From the IMG/VR virus record IMGVR_UViG_3300043178_000066, positions 1 through 36,275 of that record: a stretch of DNA of 36,275 nucleotides. One strand, written 5' to 3'. This DNA is from a virus (lineage: Duplodnaviria; Caudoviricetes). Position 1 is the stretch's first letter. Every line of letters begins with the position of its first letter. The position numbers were made by a program, and so were the translations under genes. This document shows positions 25,877 through 34,056 of this stretch, in pieces. The notes beneath the pieces are model-generated. The model saw only the letters and a program-made list of their open reading frames with translations, searched no databases and was not told the origin of the DNA.

Positions 25877-28800
25877 GCGTCAATACCTTGCATCACGACT
25901 GGCTGGCGCTCATCGAGATCTCCGGCCCCTTCCTCGCCGTCCCCGTGCTCACAGAGGCCTTCCCGCAAGGGCTGGAAGAACTCGATGGGATCAAGCGCAA
26001 ACGGCTTCGTCAGGCCTACGAGGAATGGCGCGAGGCGCAAGAAACGGACGATCCGCAGTTTGCCGAGTTGCACGCTGCGTGGATCGACGAGGTCCTGTCG
26101 CGTGGTCTCGAACTCGACGAAGACGGTAAGGGCGACGTCCTGAGGCGCGTCGACTGGTGCGCGGCCAATCTGAGTGTCAGTCTGCCCGAACACGGTGTGA
26201 CGCTGGCCCCGGACCTCGCCGTGATCGATGAACAACGGGCTGATAAGCCCCTGATGCTCATCCACACCCATGGTCAGGATGTCGACCTCGATGCCACTTT
26301 GAAGCTGGACGGCTGGGCCGCCACACCTGCCGAGCGCATGGTGCAGCTCTGCCGCGCCACCGGCTGCCGCCTCGGGCTGGTGACCAACGGCGAACGCTGG
26401 ATGCTGGTCGATGCACCAGTGGGTGCCGTGACCACCTTCGCCAGCTGGTACGCCCGCATCTGGGGTCAGGAACCCATCACCCTGCAGGCTTTCGTGCATC
26501 TGCTGGGCATTCGTCGCTTCTTCGTCGATGAAGCCGAACAACTGCCCGCATTGTTTGACCGCTCCCTGAAGTATCAGGACGAGGTCACCGACGCTCTCGG
26601 TGAGCAGGTTCGCCGCGCCGTCGAAGTGCTAATCCAGTCGCTCGACAAGGCTGACCAGGACCGCGACCGCGAGCTGCTGCGTGACGTGAAGGAGCCGGAG
26701 CTCTACGAAGCCGCGTTGACGGTGATGATGCGCCTCGTCTTCCTGCTCTCCGCCGAGGAGCGCGGCTTGCTCTTGTTGGGCGACGAACGCTACGAGGCCA
26801 ACTACGCGCTCTCGACCCTGCGCATGCAGTTGCGCAAGGAATCCGAGGAGATTCTCGAACGCCGCTGGGATGCCTGGTCGCGGTTGCTGGCGATCTTCCG
26901 TGCCGTGTTCGGCGGTATCGAGCACGAGAACTTGCGCCTGCCCGCGCTGGGCGGCTCGCTGTTCGACCCGGATCGCTTTCCCTTCCTTGAGGGCCGCGCC
27001 AAGGGTTCCGACTGGCGCACCGATGCAGCCAAGCCACTGCCGATCGACAACCGCACCGTGTTGCTGTTGCTCGAAGCCATTCAGCAGTTCCAGGGCCGGA
27101 CGCTGTCCTACCGGGCACTGGACGTCGAACAGATCGGCTACGTCTACGAAGGCCTGCTGGAGCGCACCGTTAAGCGCACCACCGAGGTCACGCTGGAATT
27201 GGATGGCACCAAGAACGCCAAGAGTCCTTGGGTCAAGTTGGCCGAGCTGGAGTCCGCCAGACGGGATGGAGCTGACCGACTTGTCGAACTACTCCAGGAG
27301 CGCTCGGGCAGTTCCGCCAGCCGTGTGCGCAACGATCTGGCCAAGCCGGTCGACGACACGCTCGCCGATCGCCTGCTGGCCGCCTGCCATGGAGACACCA
27401 ACCTCCGTAATCGCATCAAGCCGTTTGCCCATCTGGTGCGCACAGACCCATGGGGCTATCCGCTGGTCTATCCCACCGGGGCCTTCATCGTCACCACCGG
27501 CTCCGACCGGCGCGAGACCGGCACCCACTACACCCCGAAATCACTCACCGAGGCCATCGTCACGGAGACGCTGACGCCGATCGCCTATGTGGGACCGGCC
27601 GATGGCGAGCCGCGAGAGCAATGGGTACTGAGGTCCCCCGCCGAACTGCTCGAGCTCAAGATCTGCGACCCGGCCATGGGCTCGGGCGCCTTCCTCGTGC
27701 AAGCCTGTCGTTGGTTGGCCGATCGCCTGGTCGAGGCCTGGTCACAGGCCGAAGGCAGCGGAAAGGCAGTGAGTGTGGATGGCGAAGTGCTGGATGTGCC
27801 GGACACCAATGAGCCGCTGCCCCGCGACACCGAGGCCCGCACTGTGATCGCCCGTCGCCTGATCGCCGAGCGCTGCCTGTACGGTGTGGACCTTAACCCA
27901 CTGGCGGTCGAACTCGCCAAGCTCTCCGTCTGGCTGGTGACGCTGGCCAAGGGGCGTCCGTTCGGCTTCCTCGATCACAACCTGCGCTGCGGCGATAGTC
28001 TGCTCGGCATCCACCGGCTGGATCAGCTCACCGAACTTTCGATGACGCCGACCGGGAAAGGTCAGCAACGCCTGTTCGGGCAGAACATCGAGCGGGCGGT
28101 TCGCGAGGCGATCGAGTTGCGCCAGCGGCTGCGCCAGATGCCGATCCGCGACATCCGTGACGTCGAGGCCATGGCGCGGCTGGATGCCGATGCACGCCAG
28201 AAGCTCGAAGTGCCTGAGCGTATCGCCGATGCCTTCATCGGCGAGGCGCTGTCGTCGGGAGGAAATGCAGGCACCCTGTCCAGTGCCATCGGCACGCTCG
28301 CGATTCAAGCCGGGCAGGCCGTCGATGGTAAGCGCGACGCGCTGGAATCCATGATTCGACGAGCGCACGATGCATTGAGTGCCGATCTCCCGCCCGAAAG
28401 GTCGAGACGATTGCCATTTCATTGGCCGTTGGAGTTCCCCGAGGTCTTTGCCAGATTGCCCTCTGGATTCGATGCACTCGTCGGCAACCCACCGTTCCTC
28501 GGCAATCGCCTGTGGAAAAGCGCGATGGGTGACAAGCTGCAATGGCAGTGCCAGATGGTGCTGGGCACGTCGCCGGGCAAGATTGACTTGTGCGTGGTCT
28601 TCCATCGTCGCGCCGTCGACTTGCTGCGAACCGATGGCTGTTATGGGTTGCTCGCGACGAGCAACATCGCCGAAGGCAGCGCGATCGAGGTCGGCCTCGG
28701 CGTCGTCGTCCAGAACGGCAGCATTCATTTCGCCAGAAAGGGCATGCCGTGGCCGGGCGCGGCGGCGGTCGTGGTCGCCATCGTCGGCTTCTTCAAGGGC

Positions 28801-29952
28801 GAATGGCAGGCCGACTGTGATGCCGATGGGCAGACCTGCCCGCGCATCGGGCCAAGGTTGGAACCGGAGGCGGCAAACGTCTGGGTGCCACAGGCGTTGC
28901 CAGATGCTCCCTTCACGTTCGCAGGCGTGGACAACAGCAAGGGCCTGGCCTTCGTCATCACGCCGAGCAGCCCGTGGTTCGACCGCCTCAAGGATGAGCC
29001 GGACACCCTGTTAAAGCCTTACATCACCGGCGACGACATCACCAGTTCGGCCCTGAATCGCATCGAACGCTTGGCGCTCGACATCGGTGATTTGGGATTG
29101 GATGAGATCGCTCGCAGATGGCCCGTGGCGCATCGCTTCATCGTCGAGGAAGTGCAGCCGACCCGCACGGTCGCGGCGCTCAAGAGCTACAAGGGACTGA
29201 TCGACCGCTGGTGGCAGTTCTGGAATCACCGGGCCGATTTGATGCGGAGGATTCGGAGACGCGAGAATTTCATCGGCTACTCCAAGAACACCAAGTATCC
29301 GGTCGGGATGCTTGCACCTTCGGGCTGGATTTACACCAACAAAGTTCTGCTGATCGGGATGGAGCGGGATGACCTGTATGCCATCTCGCTGAGCACTGGG
29401 TTTCGCGCATGGCTGGAAAAGTTCAGCGGCGGCAATCTCGGCGAGACGCTTTCGCTTTCGATCAGTGAGTCGGTTGCCAAGTATCCGGTTCCCGAAGGAA
29501 GTGTGGTACCTGCGGGTGTGGAGGCCGCCGCACGGTTCAACCGCCTCGCGGTCAAGTTCAGTGCGGCTCATGGCTATGGTCTGACCGATGTGATGAACGC
29601 CATTCATTCGCCAGACAATGCAGACGCGACGATCGCCGAACTACGCCGCCTGATGTCCATCATCGACACCGAAGTCGCAGCCGCTTACGGCTGGAACGAT
29701 GTGGATATGGCCTATGCCTTCCGTGAGTTCAATGGCGGTTCCGCGAACGACAAATGGCGGTGGGCGTTGTCCGCCGATGCCACATCGACGCTGCTGGACA
29801 GGCTCGTGGCGCTAAATCGTGCACGGTTCGAGACCATTGAGGGTAGCAGCAGCGACGATGCGTCCACGGTCACGAAGTCCAAACGCGGACGCCGACCAAA
29901 GGCCGCCCCTTCGGCTACTCTCGCGGGGCTATTTGATGAGGATGGGCAATGA
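25873..29952 (+). CDS. drmMI: DISARM class I adenine methyltransferase DrmMI, type IIG/Eco57I-like (1359 aa)
   Basis: ATGA overlap with drmD. Motifs IGYVYEGLL, GTHYTP, motif I DPAMGSGAF, YGVDLNP and motif IV GNPPF. C-terminal TRD. The N-terminal TNGERW domain lacks an obvious intact PD-(D/E)xK. Confidence 0.88.
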   Translation: MSVNTLHHDWLALIEISGPFLAVPVLTEAFPQGLEELDGIKRKRLRQAYEEWREAQETDDPQFAELHAAWIDEVLSRGLELDEDGKGDVLRRVDWCAANLSVSLPEHGVTLAPDLAVIDEQRADKPLMLIHTHGQDVDLDATLKLDGWAATPAERMVQLCRATGCRLGLVTNGERWMLVDAPVGAVTTFASWYARIWGQEPITLQAFVHLLGIRRFFVDEAEQLPALFDRSLKYQDEVTDALGEQVRRAVEVLIQSLDKADQDRDRELLRDVKEPELYEAALTVMMRLVFLLSAEERGLLLLGDERYEANYALSTLRMQLRKESEEILERRWDAWSRLLAIFRAVFGGIEHENLRLPALGGSLFDPDRFPFLEGRAKGSDWRTDAAKPLPIDNRTVLLLLEAIQQFQGRTLSYRALDVEQIGYVYEGLLERTVKRTTEVTLELDGTKNAKSPWVKLAELESARRDGADRLVELLQERSGSSASRVRNDLAKPVDDTLADRLLAACHGDTNLRNRIKPFAHLVRTDPWGYPLVYPTGAFIVTTGSDRRETGTHYTPKSLTEAIVTETLTPIAYVGPADGEPREQWVLRSPAELLELKICDPAMGSGAFLVQACRWLADRLVEAWSQAEGSGKAVSVDGEVLDVPDTNEPLPRDTEARTVIARRLIAERCLYGVDLNPLAVELAKLSVWLVTLAKGRPFGFLDHNLRCGDSLLGIHRLDQLTELSMTPTGKGQQRLFGQNIERAVREAIELRQRLRQMPIRDIRDVEAMARLDADARQKLEVPERIADAFIGEALSSGGNAGTLSSAIGTLAIQAGQAVDGKRDALESMIRRAHDALSADLPPERSRRLPFHWPLEFPEVFARLPSGFDALVGNPPFLGNRLWKSAMGDKLQWQCQMVLGTSPGKIDLCVVFHRRAVDLLRTDGCYGLLATSNIAEGSAIEVGLGVVVQNGSIHFARKGMPWPGAAAVVVAIVGFFKGEWQADCDADGQTCPRIGPRLEPEAANVWVPQALPDAPFTFAGVDNSKGLAFVITPSSPWFDRLKDEPDTLLKPYITGDDITSSALNRIERLALDIGDLGLDEIARRWPVAHRFIVEEVQPTRTVAALKSYKGLIDRWWQFWNHRADLMRRIRRRENFIGYSKNTKYPVGMLAPSGWIYTNKVLLIGMERDDLYAISLSTGFRAWLEKFSGGNLGETLSLSISESVAKYPVPEGSVVPAGVEAAARFNRLAVKFSAAHGYGLTDVMNAIHSPDNADATIAELRRLMSIIDTEVAAAYGWNDVDMAYAFREFNGGSANDKWRWALSADATSTLLDRLVALNRARFETIEGSSSDDASTVTKSKRGRRPKAAPSATLAGLFDEDGQ

Positions 29953-32078
29953 CCGCTTTGTCCGCCGATCGTCCCAGCATCGACCCAAAGGATGATCTCT
30001 TTGGGCATGCCCCCTTCGCGAACAGTCTGGCAGACAGCATTTGCCGGTATCCAGGCAGCGACGGCCTGGTGCTTGCACTTTACGGGCCGTGGGGCTCCGG
30101 AAAATCCACGGTCTTGAGTTACATCCAGCACTTCCTGGAGCAGCGTCCAGAGAACGAGCAGCCCGTCCTGGTCAAGTTCAACCCATGGTGGTTTTCCGGG
30201 CAAGAAAACCTGGCACGTGCGTTTCTCGGCCAGTTGCAGGCCGTCTTGCCCGCCAAGAGCGAGAAGTTCAAGCAACTCCGTGACCTGTTGGCCGACTTCG
30301 CCGAGGGCGTGGGTGGCCTGATCGACCTGACCGGAGTTTCGGGCGGTGCCGGTGGGCTCATCGGCAAGCTGCTGGGGCAAGCGAAGCGCAAGCCCAAGGA
30401 TGTGCCGGCACTCAAGGATTCGATCACGGGCATCCTGCAAAAGGCCGGTCAACGCATCCTGGTGATCATCGGCGACATCGATCGACTGACGCCGGAGGAG
30501 ACCCGCCAGTTGTTCACCGTCATCAAAGCCTTGGCGGATTTCCCGAATGTCGTTTACTTGCTGGCCTTCGATCGTGACGTCGCCGCACAAGCGATCGAAC
30601 AACAGAGCGGCTTACCCGGCGAGCGGTACCTGGAAAAGATCATTCAGGTGCCATTCGAATTGCCGCCCGTCGATCGCGTGGCTCTGCGTGCGGCCCTTTT
30701 CAAGCGTCTCGACGAGATACTGGGTGACGTCCCAGAAGGGTCGTTCGATCAGTCCTACTGGACGAACGTCTATCACGACGGGATCGACGCACTGATTCAG
30801 GTACCTCGTGACGTGGTTCGATTCACGAACACCTTGGCCGTCACCTATCCAGCGGTCCGCGGGGAAGTGAATGCCGTGGATTTCATCGCTCTTGAAGCGC
30901 TTCGGGTGTTCTTGCCCGGCTTGTATGACGTGATTCGTACCAACCCGGACAGATTCTCGGGCCACAGCCGCGACACACGCTACGACGTCGATGAGCGAAC
31001 CAAGGAAGCCTTTCACACTGGATGGGCACAAGCACTGCCAGTCCATTTGCAAGAGAGCTCCAAGGCATTGATAGAACGTATCTTCCCGAAAACTGGGCGC
31101 ATGGGCTACGGCTCGGACTGGTTGGCGGAGTGGCGGAGAAGCCTGCGGGCCTGCCATCCGGACGTATTCCCGATCTATTTCCGACTCACCGTTCCTCCGG
31201 GTGCCATCCGACGTAGCGAGATGATGGCGCTGCTGAGTCTGGCGGAGTCGCCAGCTGACTTCGGCAATGCACTCGTTCAAGCCAAAGAAGAACGGCGACC
31301 TGATGGCATGTCAAAGGCGCGGGCACTACTCGAACGACTGATGGACCATGTCGAAAAGGACATCCCGGATGCGCATATCCCAGCGGTCATCCAAGCGCTT
31401 TTCGACGCAGGCGACGCGTTGATCGATCCTGCCGACGAACGTGGCATGTTCGATTTCGGCAACGTCTCACGCGCTTCGCGCCCCGTCTATCACCTTCTGA
31501 AACGGCTATCGGCCGGTCGACGCGCTGATGTGCTGGAGGCAGCAATACAGGCCGGTAGCGCTGTCGCAGTCCAGTCGTGGCTTTTGAGGGCATTGGATGA
31601 AGAAGTCACGAAGGCACAAGAAGCCACGCTGCTGACGGCTGATGAAGTCACACGACTGAAGTCCGAATGGCTGGAACGAATACGGGTTCTTGCAAGTGAG
31701 TCCGGCTTCATGGGCCACCCGGAATTGCCGAGACTACTCGCCACCTGGAAACACTGGGGAGACGACACTGAAGTACGAGCATGGTGCGACCGCGTAACGA
31801 CGCCCGACGAGGGGCTGCTGAATCTGCTGCCGAAGTTTCTGCAGCACACGCGATCCCAGACGATGGGCGATTGGGCGGTTCGTCTTCAACCTCGCCTCAA
31901 TCCGAGCTGGCTGGAGAGTTACATCGACACCGCTGCCACTGCGGCGCGACTTCAGCGCTTGCAGCGCGATGACAAAGTGCCTGACGGCGCGCGGGAAGCC
32001 GTGTCGCAGTACCTGACAGAGTTCGAGATGCTCCAGTCTGGCGAGAACCCAGACGGCATCGGCGCATTTGATGACTAG
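29949..32078 (+). CDS. KAP family P-loop NTPase (709 aa)
   Basis: ATGA overlap with drmMI. Motifs DDLFG, Walker A GPWGSGKS, FNPWWF, Walker B region VIIGDIDRL and YLEKIIQVPFELP. Long helical C-terminus. Confidence 0.92.
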   Translation: MTALSADRPSIDPKDDLFGHAPFANSLADSICRYPGSDGLVLALYGPWGSGKSTVLSYIQHFLEQRPENEQPVLVKFNPWWFSGQENLARAFLGQLQAVLPAKSEKFKQLRDLLADFAEGVGGLIDLTGVSGGAGGLIGKLLGQAKRKPKDVPALKDSITGILQKAGQRILVIIGDIDRLTPEETRQLFTVIKALADFPNVVYLLAFDRDVAAQAIEQQSGLPGERYLEKIIQVPFELPPVDRVALRAALFKRLDEILGDVPEGSFDQSYWTNVYHDGIDALIQVPRDVVRFTNTLAVTYPAVRGEVNAVDFIALEALRVFLPGLYDVIRTNPDRFSGHSRDTRYDVDERTKEAFHTGWAQALPVHLQESSKALIERIFPKTGRMGYGSDWLAEWRRSLRACHPDVFPIYFRLTVPPGAIRRSEMMALLSLAESPADFGNALVQAKEERRPDGMSKARALLERLMDHVEKDIPDAHIPAVIQALFDAGDALIDPADERGMFDFGNVSRASRPVYHLLKRLSAGRRADVLEAAIQAGSAVAVQSWLLRALDEEVTKAQEATLLTADEVTRLKSEWLERIRVLASESGFMGHPELPRLLATWKHWGDDTEVRAWCDRVTTPDEGLLNLLPKFLQHTRSQTMGDWAVRLQPRLNPSWLESYIDTAATAARLQRLQRDDKVPDGAREAVSQYLTEFEMLQSGENPDGIGAFDD

Positions 32079-32088
32079 GCGGGAGCAT

Positions 32089-34044
32089 ATGACGGACACA
32101 TACAAGATGACGGTCGACCTGAATGTGCTCGACCACCTCGGGATCAACCTCTACAGCAACATCGCTGCCGTATTGACCGAGGCCGTCGCGAACGCCTGGG
32201 ATGCCGACGCCGAGACCGTGGATATCAAGATCGACCCGGACGGCAACTGGATCGAGATCGTCGACGACGGTATCGGCATGTCGGTCGACGACATGAACGG
32301 CAAGTACCTGCGGGTCGGTTATCGGCGGCGTGACGAAGACACCGAGCATGGCAAGACTACCGCGAAGGGCCGCCCCGTGATGGGGCGCAAAGGGCTCGGC
32401 AAGCTCTCGCTGTTCTCGATCGCCAACGTCATCGAGGTCGAGTCGGCCCGGGATGGCGCGGCTCACGGACTTCGCATGACCGTGGATGGAATCCACGAGT
32501 CCGTTCAAAAGAAAGAGCCGTTCTACAGCCCGGAGGCCTTACCTGCTGACGAGATCGGTGTAACCAACGGAACGCGTATCGTTTTGCGCGACATCAAGCG
32601 GCAGCGTCTCGGCCGTGGAGCGCTGGCGCTGCGTAAACGCCTGGCTCGCCGCTTCTCCGTGATCGGTGAGGCGCACGGGTTCAAGATCGATCTCGACGGC
32701 CAGCCCATCACTCCCTCCGACCGTGGCGACCTGCCGATGGTGCAGTTCCTCTGGCAATTCGGTGATGACGCGCTTGATCTGACTCCCGCGAGTCAGCTCC
32801 TGGAGCAGGAATCGCTGCCGAACCGCTTCAATGGCTGGGACACCGGATGGAAGGTCAGCGGCTGGATCGGCACGGCCAGGTTCCCCAAGCAACTGGACAG
32901 TGAAGATGCCGGCAACCTGAATGGCATCGTCGTGTTCGCTCGTGGCCGACTGTTCCACGAGAACATCCTCGACAAGCTGAATGACGGCCGGCTCTACACG
33001 AAGTACCTCACCGGGCAGATCGAGGCGGATTTCCTCGATGCCGACGATGCGCCAGACATCGCGACCAGCGATCGACAGCGCGTCCAGGAGGATGATCCCC
33101 GATATGGGCAACTGATCGCCTTCTTGCGGTCACGCCTGACCCAGGTTGAGAAGCGCTGGACGGAGTGGCGCAAGAAACACGAGGTCGAGAAGGCGAAGGA
33201 AACTTCGCCTGCTCTCGCCGAATGGCTCGACACGCTGCCCGAGGGATACAAGAAGAGTGCGGAGACGCTGATCGCCAAGCTCAGTGCGCTGCCGGTCGAC
33301 GAGGAAGAGGACCGGAAGCTCATGTATCGGCATGGCATCCTGGCCTTCGAGCGCATGAAGTTGCGCGGATCGACCGAGGAGTTCGTGACGAGCATCGAGA
33401 GTGCCGACAGGCTCCTGGCCGTGCTCGCAGACAGAGATTTACTCGAAGCCTCGCTCTACCGAGACATCGTGAAATCACGTCTGGACGCGATCCGGGATTT
33501 TCAGACCATCATCGACGAGGACGCGAAAGAACGCGTCCTCCAAAAGTACCTGTTCGATCATCTCTGGCTGCTGGACCCGGCATGGGAGCGTGCCACGGGC
33601 AGCCCGATCATGGAATCGCGCCTCACGACAGAAGGCGTGCTCATCGAAGACATGACCGAGAAAGAGCGCCTGGGCCGCGTCGACATCGCCTATCGCACCA
33701 ATGCGGGCAAGCACGTCATCGTCGAGCTCAAGAAGGTCGGTCGCAAGATGGGACTGCTTGAGCTGGTCGAGCAAGGACAGACCTACGTCGACAAGCTGAC
33801 GAAGATTCTGCGGGAGCAGAACCAGACCAACCCCGACATCGAGGTGGTCTTCGTCCTTGGCAAGACCGTTGACGAAGAGGCATCGAATCCCGAAAGACTC
33901 AAATCCTCGATGACGTCGATCTCGCCGGGCAGCCGCATCGTCCATTACGACACACTGATTCGGGGCGCTCAAGAGGCGTATTCGGCATACATAGAGAAAA
34001 GCAAGTCACTCGACAAGCTCGAAAAGATCGTGGACAGGATTTGA
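32089..34044 (+). CDS. GHKL (MORC/MutL-like) ATPase fused to a PD-(D/E)xK nuclease; HgiDII/BbrUII-like restriction endonuclease (about 651 aa)
   Basis: GHKL boxes EAVANAWDA, DDGIGM, GRKGLGK and NGT. C-terminal RVDI...IVELKK...QGQTY nuclease signature. Start is ATG 32089 or TTG 32068. Confidence 0.8.
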   Translation: MTDTYKMTVDLNVLDHLGINLYSNIAAVLTEAVANAWDADAETVDIKIDPDGNWIEIVDDGIGMSVDDMNGKYLRVGYRRRDEDTEHGKTTAKGRPVMGRKGLGKLSLFSIANVIEVESARDGAAHGLRMTVDGIHESVQKKEPFYSPEALPADEIGVTNGTRIVLRDIKRQRLGRGALALRKRLARRFSVIGEAHGFKIDLDGQPITPSDRGDLPMVQFLWQFGDDALDLTPASQLLEQESLPNRFNGWDTGWKVSGWIGTARFPKQLDSEDAGNLNGIVVFARGRLFHENILDKLNDGRLYTKYLTGQIEADFLDADDAPDIATSDRQRVQEDDPRYGQLIAFLRSRLTQVEKRWTEWRKKHEVEKAKETSPALAEWLDTLPEGYKKSAETLIAKLSALPVDEEEDRKLMYRHGILAFERMKLRGSTEEFVTSIESADRLLAVLADRDLLEASLYRDIVKSRLDAIRDFQTIIDEDAKERVLQKYLFDHLWLLDPAWERATGSPIMESRLTTEGVLIEDMTEKERLGRVDIAYRTNAGKHVIVELKKVGRKMGLLELVEQGQTYVDKLTKILREQNQTNPDIEVVFVLGKTVDEEASNPERLKSSMTSISPGSRIVHYDTLIRGAQEAYSAYIEKSKSLDKLEKIVDRI

Positions 34045-34056
34045 GGTGACCAAGGT

